Notes under the pieces: model-generated
What the model was told of the DNA's origin: nothing
The model's database searches: none
What the model saw: the letters and a program-made list of their open reading frames with translations, nothing else
Translations under genes and position numbers: made by a program
IMG/VR virus record: IMGVR_UViG_3300024259_000011
Source: a virus
Lineage: Duplodnaviria > Caudoviricetes
Length of the DNA: 64,000 bases
Strand: one strand, 5' to 3'
Part shown: positions 26,499 through 35,634 of the stretch, piece by piece
How the letters are laid out: the number at the start of each line of letters is the position of its first letter
Position numbering within the stretch: position 1 is the stretch's first letter

Positions 26499-26690
26499 CT
26501 ACAGCCAGCCAAGGACCGTGGGGGCGCACCTACCTGCGAGTGCTGCCGCTCCAAGCAAAAGCCACCAACTAAGGCGATGGTGTCCATCGCGAACTTCAGC
26601 CCAAACACCGCCGAGCACATTTCTAACGAGGTTAAGAGTCCCGGGAACTAAGCCCCATACTCTACCTGCCATATTTTTCATCCAATCCAT
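26499..26690 (-). CDS. Small Trp-rich membrane-associated protein (63 aa)
   Basis: Strong AGGAGG SD; amphipathic N-terminus and hydrophobic C-terminus. Confidence 0.65.
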   Translation of the reverse strand: MDWMKNMAGRVWGLVPGTLNLVRNVLGGVWAEVRDGHHRLSWWLLLGAAALAGRCAPTVLGWL

Positions 26691-26703
26691 TCTGAAAATC
26701 CTC

Positions 26704-29700
26704 CTATTGGTTCACAAATGCATAGCCATCGTTCTTATCGATAGTGATTTGTGTATCTACACAATCCTTCAGGCTATCCAAGTGTGAAATCAGAAGTACT
26801 GTTTTAAAGTACGTCTTAATTAGTTCCAAGATACGAATAAACCCTTCCATATTCTCTTCATCGAGTGCAGTACCCGGCTCATCAAGAATGAAAAGGTCAC
26901 CCTTTGGCAAGGAAGACACGCTGAGAAGTGACAGTCGGATTGCCATGGCAGCCAGTGTCTTCTCAGCGCCGGAACCCATCTCAAGCGGTCGAGGCTCATG
27001 TCTGGGATGTTTAATAAACACGTTCATCTTCTTACCGTCATCTTCAAAGAAGATTTCAAAGTCTACGATGTTCGCCAGCACCTTTGCGATCTCTTCATTA
27101 ATAACCGGAAGCTTCTTCTTGATAATGTCATACGCAATGCCATTGGAATGCATGCATCGCATAAACAAATCGTAAGCTGCATAGCGTTTCTGCAGTTCTA
27201 CCAACTCTTGCTTAGATCCCGTCAAGTTTTCAATCTTACTTTCAATCGAGCCGTGTTCTTTGTGCAATCCCATGAACTCGCTGTTCAATACTTCAAGTTT
27301 AATCTTGGCTGATGCAGCCTTCGTTTGTGCCAAGTCCCGATCCTTTAGCAGCGCCTCTAGGTTTTCAATAGCATCGCGGTTCTCTTCGTAATTTCGCTCG
27401 TTGACTTCTAACTCAGTAATCTCTTTCTCGATACGCATGATAGAGGTCTTATTTTTTTGAACCTGCAAACGGCAAGCCGCGATCTCGCCAGACAAGTCGG
27501 CAGACTTCCGGAGCAAATCTTCATAACGGCGCAGGTGTCGCTGAACCCTCTCAGGTTCCAAGTCAGTCACACGTACTTCTAGTGCTGCGACCTTCTCGCT
27601 AATCTCGCGAACAAGCTTTTCGTTTACCGGCAAGGACGCGACCGCGACGTGAGCATCGCGAATGAACTTGCACTTGGGATATTCCGTACCACAAGGGATC
27701 CCCTCTAACAGCTTCCCTTTCTTTTTGTTTCTCTCAAGGTCTGAACGTTCTGACTTGAGTTCTGTACCCAATATGCCTTGACTCTCCATCAGTTGCTCAA
27801 TCTGCGTTTGCTGTTCCCGATAAGCCTCAACCTCAAAGGTGCTGATAAAGTTGTCCACACGGATGCGTGTAGATTCCTTTTGATTGCACTCGGATTGGAT
27901 CTCTTTGTTCTTGGAACTTAGACTGCTGACCTTGTATCTCTTGTCTTTGAGCCTCTGCTTAATATTGGCGATGTCCACAATGTCTGCCGGGACGCTATCG
28001 ATCTTGCGCCCGAAGTCATCTACGCACTGCTTATAGCGCTCATGTGATTGTTTGACTGTTTCTAACGATTGCTTGCAAACGCCTAAGCTTTCAAGCACTT
28101 GCGCCTCAGCCGATTCCTGTTCCGCGATTTCCGCCTCATAGTCCCTCTCTTCAAGTCTCTTGAGGGCGCCCTTCATATCCGCGCTGTCTTCCTTCGCTAG
28201 CTTGAACTTTTTTTCAAAAACTTCTAGGTCGAGAAATTTTGCGAAGATTTCTTTGCGGCGGGTCGTGCCTTCATTAATAAATTGTAAGGCGCCATGTTGT
28301 GAAGACATTGACGATAACAGGAAGTCATCAAGGGTACCCACAATCTTGCGAATGTTCTTGTCTGTCTCATTGCGAGTCAAGCCATTTTCGCTAATCGTAT
28401 CACCTGTGACTATGTTCTCTGAAGTGAACTCCAAGTTCGTCTTCGCCTCCATAGTCTCCTCGCCCTTCAGCTTCTTAACGTACTTTTCGCATCCGCGCTC
28501 AACAGTATATACATTCTCGCCGATCAGGAACTCCACAGTTGCTGAGCAGTCTTCCTTATGTTGGTTGATCACGTTAAGGTTCTTGCGTTCATTCTTGGAT
28601 GTAGAATTGAAAAGAGTGAACAGGAGCCCATCAATGATGCTGCTCTTGCCGCTGTAGTTCTTTCCAAAGATCCCGACGATGCCGTTCATCTTCCCAAAAT
28701 CAAGCTTGTTCCCTTCACCAAAGTTAAACAGGTTATCGAACTTGAATGAGCTTAGCTTCCAGTTTACGTTTCTGGTAATCTCTTCTTCCTTCTCGACGAT
28801 GCGGTTGTAATACCCGTTGATGGAATGCACTTCTTCCATCAAGTCATCGTCTACCTCGTACTCTTTAAGGTATTCCTCGATGAGTTCTTCCTGTACGACA
28901 GGATCGCGAAGGTCTTCCTTCACAAGATTATAAGTGAGCGCGTCTACGCTGCCTCGCTCTCCAGCAGCACGATTAAGAAATGTAATCGACTCTGGCTTGA
29001 AGCGATGCTTGGCAACATCAATAGCCTTCTTCATTTTGTTCAGAGGAAGGTTATTGTTTGACACCAAACGCAAGCGGGCGCCTCGGGGCACATCCGTGTT
29101 CTTCGGCATCCGACCCTTCGGTGTCAACTCAATTGTCATGAAAGGCTTGGGGTTTTTGAAAACGACATGCTCACACTTGAAAGTTTCCTTGTCTGTGATA
29201 TCCCAAATCAGCAGTCCCTTGTCATTCGTTTCACCATGGTTCTGTTGAATCGTAGAGCCCGGGTATCGCACCTTACCTTCTGTGTCAAGAATCTGATTTG
29301 TCTTGTGGATATCTCCCAAGAACGCAAAATCAAACTTGTCAAAGATCTTAATGTCGTGTTCGCCATGAGTCATGACCCATCCCGCGTCGGTCTTGACACC
29401 AGAAATCGAGCCGTGATACAGGGCGATATTGATTTTATCCGTATCAGTTGGAACAACCCAGTTGTCCTCATCGAACACCGATAGCACGTTTAGCGTATAG
29501 TCGGCGTTTAAAGCCGTTTCTCCGGCGTTCTTAAGCAGATGCAGGTCTGGACATGCCAAGGCATCTACAATCGGCGTGATGGCATCCTGACGGCTGCTAT
29601 TGCGTAGGTTACCATCGTGGTTGCCCAAGATGATATATGTTGGAGCAATCGATGACAGATTGCGAAAGAAATCAGTGCATAGTTCCACGAACTCTGGAGA

Positions 29701-29856
29701 GATCTGAGTCTTCGTGTGAGCAATGTCTCCGCAGTGTACGATACAATCTACTTCTTCTTCCCGTAGAGTTTCGTATAGCTGCTTGAAAACCTCCTTGTAT
29801 TCATAATGATACTTTAGATTCTTGATGTGCGTATCTGCAATGTGAGCAAACTTCAT
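26704..29856 (-). CDS. sbcD-sbcC: Mre11-Rad50 (SbcD-SbcC; T4 gp47-gp46) fusion exonuclease/ATPase
   Basis: N-terminal phosphoesterase motifs DTH, GDIAH, GNHD, GDIH; then Walker A GKNYSGKSS, Q-loop SSQ, long coiled coil, signature SGAEK, Walker B LFILDEP and H-loop ISH, all in one frame. Confidence 0.93.
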   Translation of the reverse strand: MKFAHIADTHIKNLKYHYEYKEVFKQLYETLREEEVDCIVHCGDIAHTKTQISPEFVELCTDFFRNLSSIAPTYIILGNHDGNLRNSSRQDAITPIVDALACPDLHLLKNAGETALNADYTLNVLSVFDEDNWVVPTDTDKINIALYHGSISGVKTDAGWVMTHGEHDIKIFDKFDFAFLGDIHKTNQILDTEGKVRYPGSTIQQNHGETNDKGLLIWDITDKETFKCEHVVFKNPKPFMTIELTPKGRMPKNTDVPRGARLRLVSNNNLPLNKMKKAIDVAKHRFKPESITFLNRAAGERGSVDALTYNLVKEDLRDPVVQEELIEEYLKEYEVDDDLMEEVHSINGYYNRIVEKEEEITRNVNWKLSSFKFDNLFNFGEGNKLDFGKMNGIVGIFGKNYSGKSSIIDGLLFTLFNSTSKNERKNLNVINQHKEDCSATVEFLIGENVYTVERGCEKYVKKLKGEETMEAKTNLEFTSENIVTGDTISENGLTRNETDKNIRKIVGTLDDFLLSSMSSQHGALQFINEGTTRRKEIFAKFLDLEVFEKKFKLAKEDSADMKGALKRLEERDYEAEIAEQESAEAQVLESLGVCKQSLETVKQSHERYKQCVDDFGRKIDSVPADIVDIANIKQRLKDKRYKVSSLSSKNKEIQSECNQKESTRIRVDNFISTFEVEAYREQQTQIEQLMESQGILGTELKSERSDLERNKKKGKLLEGIPCGTEYPKCKFIRDAHVAVASLPVNEKLVREISEKVAALEVRVTDLEPERVQRHLRRYEDLLRKSADLSGEIAACRLQVQKNKTSIMRIEKEITELEVNERNYEENRDAIENLEALLKDRDLAQTKAASAKIKLEVLNSEFMGLHKEHGSIESKIENLTGSKQELVELQKRYAAYDLFMRCMHSNGIAYDIIKKKLPVINEEIAKVLANIVDFEIFFEDDGKKMNVFIKHPRHEPRPLEMGSGAEKTLAAMAIRLSLLSVSSLPKGDLFILDEPGTALDEENMEGFIRILELIKTYFKTVLLISHLDSLKDCVDTQITIDKNDGYAFVNQ

Positions 29857-29867
29857 TTTTTACCTTC

Positions 29868-30812
29868 TCAAATTCGGATAGAAGACAGGGCATCACTCAG
29901 AATGTATGAGCTATCTTCTATCCGTTTTGCTGCCGCTTTTCTAACAGCAAACTCTTCTCTTGTTATTGCGCCGACATCTTCGATATCGGCAGTATCAATC
30001 TTGTGTAGTTCCATATCGTACTGCAACAAGTTCTTGATGATTTTGTGTTCCTTATAGGTGGCATCCGAGTCCAGAGCCAAATAGACTTTTGGACCCTCCG
30101 ATATCAAACGGCTGAATACTTTAGTATAGTTGTTCAGCGTGGAGCCTAGAATCGGAATTGCATTTCCTGCAACGATTGCGTCAAACACTCCCTCGACCAG
30201 AACGATGTCATCGTCCCAATCAAGGTATAGTTCGTTAAAAACGATATCGCGACTGGCTTGCGGATTTTTATACCGCATCCAAGCGCCGTCGTACGAACGC
30301 GCAATAAAATAATTTACATAGCCCTCGGTGTCAAAGCTGGGAATGATAATCCTCCCCGCATATTCTCCCGATGGGCAGTAACCAATCTTCCACTCAAGAA
30401 TCTCTTTCTTACCAATACCTCGCGCCCTCAAATAGTTGACAGCGGGAAGTGTAGCCGGAGAAAGAGAATCCTTAGTGAGAGTTCGGAATTCATCTGGTAG
30501 GTTTACTCTTTGTATTATAACATCGTCGTCCTCGTTTGTTGAAAAAATATTGTCAAAATCACTAATGTCGTGGCGACCAGTGAGCTTATCCCACTCTGCC
30601 ACCATGCCATAGTTACCGAACTTACGAATCAGCCGCCGGACATTCTTGCCCTTAGCATCGCAAATCCAGCACTTATATACGTTCGCACTGACATTCACCG
30701 AAAGCTTGTGCTTGTGGTGCTTGCAGAACGGACAATAGAACAGCGTTTCGTTGCCGGCAGTGCGATACTCGCCGAGACAAGACGCAACAATTTTCAGCTT
30801 TTCCCTATGCAT
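29868..30812 (-). CDS. dnaG: DNA primase (DnaG/T4 gp61-like)
   Basis: Zinc-binding CPFC...KCWIC, RIIIP...YFIAR, TOPRIM VEGVFDAI and LALDSDA. Confidence 0.9.
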   Translation of the reverse strand: MHREKLKIVASCLGEYRTAGNETLFYCPFCKHHKHKLSVNVSANVYKCWICDAKGKNVRRLIRKFGNYGMVAEWDKLTGRHDISDFDNIFSTNEDDDVIIQRVNLPDEFRTLTKDSLSPATLPAVNYLRARGIGKKEILEWKIGYCPSGEYAGRIIIPSFDTEGYVNYFIARSYDGAWMRYKNPQASRDIVFNELYLDWDDDIVLVEGVFDAIVAGNAIPILGSTLNNYTKVFSRLISEGPKVYLALDSDATYKEHKIIKNLLQYDMELHKIDTADIEDVGAITREEFAVRKAAAKRIEDSSYILSDALSSIRI

Positions 30813-30820
30813 ACAACAGT

Positions 30821-30849
30821 AGTATACCGCGTACGGCGGCTGTTGTCAA
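30821..30849 (-). promoter_or_regulatory. Consensus sigma70 promoter TTGACA-N17-TATACT for primase and sbcD-sbcC
   Basis: -35 at 30844-30849 (includes the ruvC stop codon), -10 at 30821-30826, 17-nt spacer, 8 nt from the -10 to the primase ATG. Confidence 0.85.
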
Positions 30850-31385
30850 GAGATATCTTCAAATAACTTAATGCCGGCGAGCGCAATAACGATTGCGTCT
30901 GCTCGATCATCAGTTCCCGGCTGGGGATTCCCTTTGTAGGTCAGGTTATATTGAAACCCTTCATTAAACCTTTCTTTAATATAATCGATTACGACCTTCT
31001 TTGCAAGGTTTTTTTTGCCTTTTCCTCTAGGAATTTTAATCCCTAATGTCTTTCGGGCGTTGCGTACGTCGATTAGCTCCGGGTTCTCTTTGAAAACTTT
31101 TCGACATGCATAAGAGCACATGCCGTTAAAGCGCTGCAACTTTGCCATAACGTGTGCTGTTGAACCAGAACGAAAGTTAATCGCTGCCTTTTCAACAAAC
31201 ACATAGTACGGTGAATACTTGCTTTCGATTTTGCGCATTATCGACTCAAAGATCACTGCGCGATCCTCAAGAGGAAGTTCGGACTTAAACTTAATTATGT
31301 CACTATGCAATAGCTCGTCATTGCCGTCGAGAACGGCGATGCCGATTTTTGTGGTGCTGATATCCAGCCCCAATGTATTACTCAT
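30846..31385 (-). CDS. ruvC: RuvC-like Holliday junction resolvase
   Basis: RNase H-fold catalytic pattern LGLDISTTKIGIAV, VFVEK, DDRADAIVIA. Confidence 0.85.
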   Translation of the reverse strand: MSNTLGLDISTTKIGIAVLDGNDELLHSDIIKFKSELPLEDRAVIFESIMRKIESKYSPYYVFVEKAAINFRSGSTAHVMAKLQRFNGMCSYACRKVFKENPELIDVRNARKTLGIKIPRGKGKKNLAKKVVIDYIKERFNEGFQYNLTYKGNPQPGTDDRADAIVIALAGIKLFEDIS

Positions 31386-32681
31386 TTAGAAGTCTACTTT
31401 TAATTTGAATGTGAACTCACGTTCGGGGGTTTTCTTGACTGGCTTCGCAACCTTCGCGACCCCGATGCAGTTCATATCTTCGTCATATATTTTGATCATG
31501 CTAATGAAGGTTGTCTTTTTAAAGCTGCCAGTAACACTGTTGTATTCGCTATAAGCGATATTGTTAACTTGTTGTTTGTCATACTCTCTATAGATCGTAG
31601 AGCCTGTGATTGTTTCGACTGATCCTGAGGCGTCCCACGAAGAAGAGTGTGCAACATATGTAGGATTGTTAGAGTGGTTGAGGCGGTTCTTAGGAGCGTG
31701 AGCCAGCATGGTCACGGTTGGAATGTAGTTTATGCCATTGAAAGCAATCTCAAATGATGATCCGGTGACTCCAAACTTTTCACCGTTGATCTCTGTTGGG
31801 ACCAACTGCTTGCCGCCATCGCCATCGGTGCCTCCGTTCGGGGTACCCATGTGCTGAGCGGGGATACCATATCCGAAGTAAACCCATTGAGACGTAACAT
31901 AGTCTCCTTCGCCGCCATTCCTATAGTCTCTCCCTATTGTATCAATATCCCACGAACCTGTCAAGAGAAAAATGCCAGCATCATATAAGACTACGCCGGC
32001 AACAGATCCGGAACCGGTGCTCCCAGTGGGTCCGATCTGAACTAGTTCGCCGTTGTGATTGACATCAGAAGCCTCTGCCGCCAACGTGCCAGAGATGTAG
32101 AATCTTAGGTTAATGCTGCCTTTCTGGATCGAGGATCCATAAAAAATAGAAGGCACATCAATAAGGTTCATCTCTTGTGTAGCCTTGTTCCAAGTGCCGA
32201 TGCTGGAATCTGAGCCTGTAAAAGCGAAGTGGCGACTAGTTGTCGCAGCACGGTCCAGATTGCTCTTAAGCGCGAAGACGTGTTTCCTGTGATCATTAAC
32301 CCTATAGTATATCCTCTGAATCGAAGCTGTCAACTGTGCGCTGCCTGTAATCTCATCGCCATATCCATGTGCGTGATAGCCTGTTGAACTGACTGTGCTG
32401 AATGCGTGCATCGACGCGCCCTTGATCAGAAAGGGGTACCGCCAGTTATTTGAGCCACTCATTTTGTCTACATTTGTTTCGTAGAGATCGATTCCTCCCC
32501 AGTTGAGAGAAGCAGAACTATTAATGTTGTTTGCGAAAGCGCCCGAGATATGAGTCTTATTATTATAGTGGATCTCAGAGTGACTGCCGCCCGGTCCACG
32601 GGCAATCTTGAAGTTTACTTTCGGATATGTCTTGACCCTGTTGTAAAAGAGGTCAGCGTCTTGGAATTTGTAATAAGGCAT
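31386..32681 (-). CDS. Virion structural/baseplate-region protein (431 aa), paralog of 33345..34565
   Basis: Shares I.KGS..L, .YD.G...LT, NHSNNPTY and VAK..KP.KK...EFT.KLK.DF motifs with the 406-aa protein. Confidence 0.65.
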   Translation of the reverse strand: MPYYKFQDADLFYNRVKTYPKVNFKIARGPGGSHSEIHYNNKTHISGAFANNINSSASLNWGGIDLYETNVDKMSGSNNWRYPFLIKGASMHAFSTVSSTGYHAHGYGDEITGSAQLTASIQRIYYRVNDHRKHVFALKSNLDRAATTSRHFAFTGSDSSIGTWNKATQEMNLIDVPSIFYGSSIQKGSINLRFYISGTLAAEASDVNHNGELVQIGPTGSTGSGSVAGVVLYDAGIFLLTGSWDIDTIGRDYRNGGEGDYVTSQWVYFGYGIPAQHMGTPNGGTDGDGGKQLVPTEINGEKFGVTGSSFEIAFNGINYIPTVTMLAHAPKNRLNHSNNPTYVAHSSSWDASGSVETITGSTIYREYDKQQVNNIAYSEYNSVTGSFKKTTFISMIKIYDEDMNCIGVAKVAKPVKKTPEREFTFKLKVDF

Positions 32682-32708
32682 TCTTTTATAATTAGCGCAG
32701 TTCTGTGT

Positions 32709-33332
32709 TTATTCTGCAGCAACGTATCCGGTAGCTTGGGCGAACTCTTTGAAAACGTTCTGCTTCGATGTATCATTCGGCATCTTAGAATAAACCCATG
32801 CGTAGGTCTTCTCCATATAATCCATTGTATCACGAAGTTCGCGATTCTTTGATTCTAAAAGAGAAATATGTTCTTTAGTGGGAGCGGGTAATGAGATCCC
32901 TAAGTCTGTTGCGATACACAGTAGGCGATACCATTCGCGCTTCGACGAGGCATCTTGCGCATCTCTGAACATTGCCTCTCGTCGAGCCTGCTCATCTTCG
33001 GTCATGTGCATGATCTTATCGGGATGAGTGGCTTTCGCTATCTTTTTAAAAACCGCGTTTGCAACCGCATTGATTCGCTTTGTTTGCTGTTCGTCCTCGA
33101 CAGCTTCAAGTTCAGTGAATTCTTCTTCAGGATCTGCGCCAGTGTCTCCGGTCTGAAGAATGTACTCCTCAGGAGTAACCAAGCCCATCTCTTCGCGGTA
33201 CTCTTCAAACTCTGCAGAGAATCGAGACTGAGCTTCTTCATACACCAAGCGGCGATAATCGTAGTCTGCGGTCAAGTACCGAAGCTCTAAGATTAGTTTT
33301 TCATATTTCTTTTTTAGTTTCGGCGTAAGCAC
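32709..33332 (-). CDS. Coiled-coil protein with a J-domain-like HPD motif (207 aa)
   Basis: AVFKKIAKATHPDK...REAMFRDAQDA resembles J-domain helix II-HPD-helix III; GTG start. Confidence 0.6.
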   Translation of the reverse strand: MLTPKLKKKYEKLILELRYLTADYDYRRLVYEEAQSRFSAEFEEYREEMGLVTPEEYILQTGDTGADPEEEFTELEAVEDEQQTKRINAVANAVFKKIAKATHPDKIMHMTEDEQARREAMFRDAQDASSKREWYRLLCIATDLGISLPAPTKEHISLLESKNRELRDTMDYMEKTYAWVYSKMPNDTSKQNVFKEFAQATGYVAAE

Positions 33333-33344
33333 ATCTATGCCCGC

Positions 33345-34565
33345 CTAATAATCCAAACGTACTCTCAGCGTCAACTCGTTTGTTGGATCCTTCTTCAGCG
33401 GCTCGGAAAGCTTGGCTACTGCCATCAACTCGTTATCTGATGAATAAAGACCGACGCCAGTGCAATAAGCCACCGGGGTGTCGCTGGATACGTTTTTGAC
33501 GCGGATCTTAGAACCGGTCAGATATGTGGGGTTGGAACTATAGTTGAACTCGTTATGGTTCACTCGACAGAAGTAAATCGTTGAGTTAAGTTCAGTGGTG
33601 TTGTTAAACGAAAGGTTATAAATACGTGTTCTGAACGAGTCGCAACTTGAGGAGATCTCGCGTTCTTTAAGCGAGTCTGCAACATAGTATTCTGCCATTC
33701 CTGAAGAGGATGAAGCGGCATAAGGACCGACATCTGTATCAAAAACGGGTGCCATCGTTGCATCACCGCCGGCAGACGCACTAGTGTTGGCTCCCCATAG
33801 TCCAGAAAGTAGTCCCACGCCATTATGGGTGGTGTAGATCGTGTCAGAAGATGAGACTGACTGAAAGATAGAAGCAGTAATGACTGCTACGCCAGCCTGA
33901 TAATATAGCAAGCCTGCCTTGACATCGGTTGAGCTACCTGCTTCGCCGGCAAGGAAAGTGCTGGAGCCATGGGCATCATAGCTGGTTTCTGCATACAGTA
34001 CAGCATAGTCTCCTGCAGGAGAGTTTACGCGGTAATCATTTTGAGCGTTATAGTCAGTAAGCTTAACACGTCGGTTGAACGCCCCTGAAACGTCTGGCTG
34101 GATTCCAAGCTCCAAACTGAATGAGCCTTTCTTAATCTCGTCCTTAGTTAACAGGCGAGCCATGTTGAGGAAGAATACCTCGCGAAGCTTCGTGCCACCG
34201 GTGAGATCTCCGTCTTCATCAAACTCTTGAATGTCTCCAGATGAGCTATGCCCAACGAGAACCTTCGCCATCTGATTGTACATATTAATCTTCTTAGCGT
34301 TCTGGGTGCTGGATGAACCAGACAAGCCAGAGTTCTTAGAATACCCACATGTGAGGTCAAAGACGTGGTTTGCGGAAGAACTCAGATATGGATAATCATA
34401 AACACTCTGGAACATGCCATGAGCATAGTTCTTGATATTTACCTCACTGGTACCTTCCATGTATGTACCGGAAACTACTGTACCGGTAAGAGGGATTGCT
34501 TCGTTCAAGAGAGTCTTCGTTGAGACCACATCGTTGTTAGAAAAAGTTTTATATGTTGTCGCCAT
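33345..34565 (-). CDS. Virion structural/baseplate-region protein (406 aa)
   Basis: Ser/Gly/Thr-rich; C-terminal STIYFCRVNHNEFNYSSNPTY...VAKLSEPLKKDPTNELTLRVRLDY; paralog of 31386..32681. Confidence 0.65.
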   Translation of the reverse strand: MATTYKTFSNNDVVSTKTLLNEAIPLTGTVVSGTYMEGTSEVNIKNYAHGMFQSVYDYPYLSSSANHVFDLTCGYSKNSGLSGSSSTQNAKKINMYNQMAKVLVGHSSSGDIQEFDEDGDLTGGTKLREVFFLNMARLLTKDEIKKGSFSLELGIQPDVSGAFNRRVKLTDYNAQNDYRVNSPAGDYAVLYAETSYDAHGSSTFLAGEAGSSTDVKAGLLYYQAGVAVITASIFQSVSSSDTIYTTHNGVGLLSGLWGANTSASAGGDATMAPVFDTDVGPYAASSSSGMAEYYVADSLKEREISSSCDSFRTRIYNLSFNNTTELNSTIYFCRVNHNEFNYSSNPTYLTGSKIRVKNVSSDTPVAYCTGVGLYSSDNELMAVAKLSEPLKKDPTNELTLRVRLDY

Positions 34566-34575
34566 TTTTTAGTCC

Positions 34576-35529
34576 TTATGCCTTCTTAACAAGCCTAACT
34601 GGAATATCGATACTGTAGCCCGTGGTTGCTCCCGTCACTCTCACAATCGTATCAATGTAGTTTGTGAAAGAGGATGAGCTAGGACCATCATCGGTTTGCC
34701 GGTTAATACTAACCGTGCCACTGCCGCCAATCAAGTCGTACAGGTAGGTGCTTGTGTTCAGTTCTAGGCTAGCCTGAATTCTGAACTTAAGAATAGTGCC
34801 TCGCGGTCCACGGATAACTTGTGTGTTGTCCTGTGTGGATGTGGATGTGCTCTCATTTGAACTCACATATCCACTATCGTTAAGGGTCAAGTAATAGCTT
34901 GCAATGCTGTCGTCATCAATGAAGGACGGGTCGGCAAGCGATGTCTTGGTGGGGTGCGCGATTCTGCCCAAGCGGTTATCAATCTCAATGATATACGCGG
35001 TCTCAGCCAGATCTGAATCAATCGTAAAGGTTGGAGGAATCTCGGTGGTGTTTAGCCCCTGATCAATACGGATGTGGGAGGGGGAGTTTAGTGTCTCTCC
35101 TGCCAGCACTCCGTTCGTCTGGGATGCATTAAGACCGCCTGATGCGTTCTTCTCTGTATCTGCATCGACCGCTACAACGAATAACGCGCTTGAATCAAGT
35201 GTCGTTTGCGAGGCGTCAGGCGCACTCGTATTCAACTTCAAGATTGGCAGGTACAGCAAGTTAGTGCGTGAGATCGAGAGCAGCTTGCTCTTCATCATAG
35301 AGCCGTTATTTGTGAACGCCTCCATAACAGGAGATTGTAGAATCTCCAAATCATAATACGCACTACCGTTTGCGTGGTCCTTGTTATAAAGTGAGTAGTC
35401 AATTTCGTCGTCGCTCAAAGCGAACTTACTGATTTTAAAAGAGCCATCGCCCTTTGCGAGTCGATATCTGCCCGTGTCAGTTAATACTGCATCGAGGATG
35501 ATATCGCCCGAGTTATCTAAGAATCCCAT
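34576..35529 (-). CDS. Virion structural protein (317 aa)
   Basis: MGFLDNSGDIILDAVLTDTGRYRLAKG N-terminus, similar to the N-terminus of 42395..43531; two late-motif copies upstream. Confidence 0.65.
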   Translation of the reverse strand: MGFLDNSGDIILDAVLTDTGRYRLAKGDGSFKISKFALSDDEIDYSLYNKDHANGSAYYDLEILQSPVMEAFTNNGSMMKSKLLSISRTNLLYLPILKLNTSAPDASQTTLDSSALFVVAVDADTEKNASGGLNASQTNGVLAGETLNSPSHIRIDQGLNTTEIPPTFTIDSDLAETAYIIEIDNRLGRIAHPTKTSLADPSFIDDDSIASYYLTLNDSGYVSSNESTSTSTQDNTQVIRGPRGTILKFRIQASLELNTSTYLYDLIGGSGTVSINRQTDDGPSSSSFTNYIDTIVRVTGATTGYSIDIPVRLVKKA

Positions 35530-35550
35530 TAAACTCTTGTCTCCGTTACT

Positions 35551-35577
35551 TAATTAGTTTATTATACAGTAAATAGT
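35551..35577 (-). promoter_or_regulatory. Tandem putative late-promoter motifs (AAACTAATTA 35551-35560; ACTATTTA 35570-35577)
   Basis: Two copies in a 105-nt AT-rich intergenic gap. Confidence 0.6.
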
Positions 35578-35634
35578 GCTTTCTCTTAAAACATTCTTTT
35601 ACTGCTTGTGTAGCTTCCGTTCTATATCCGTATC

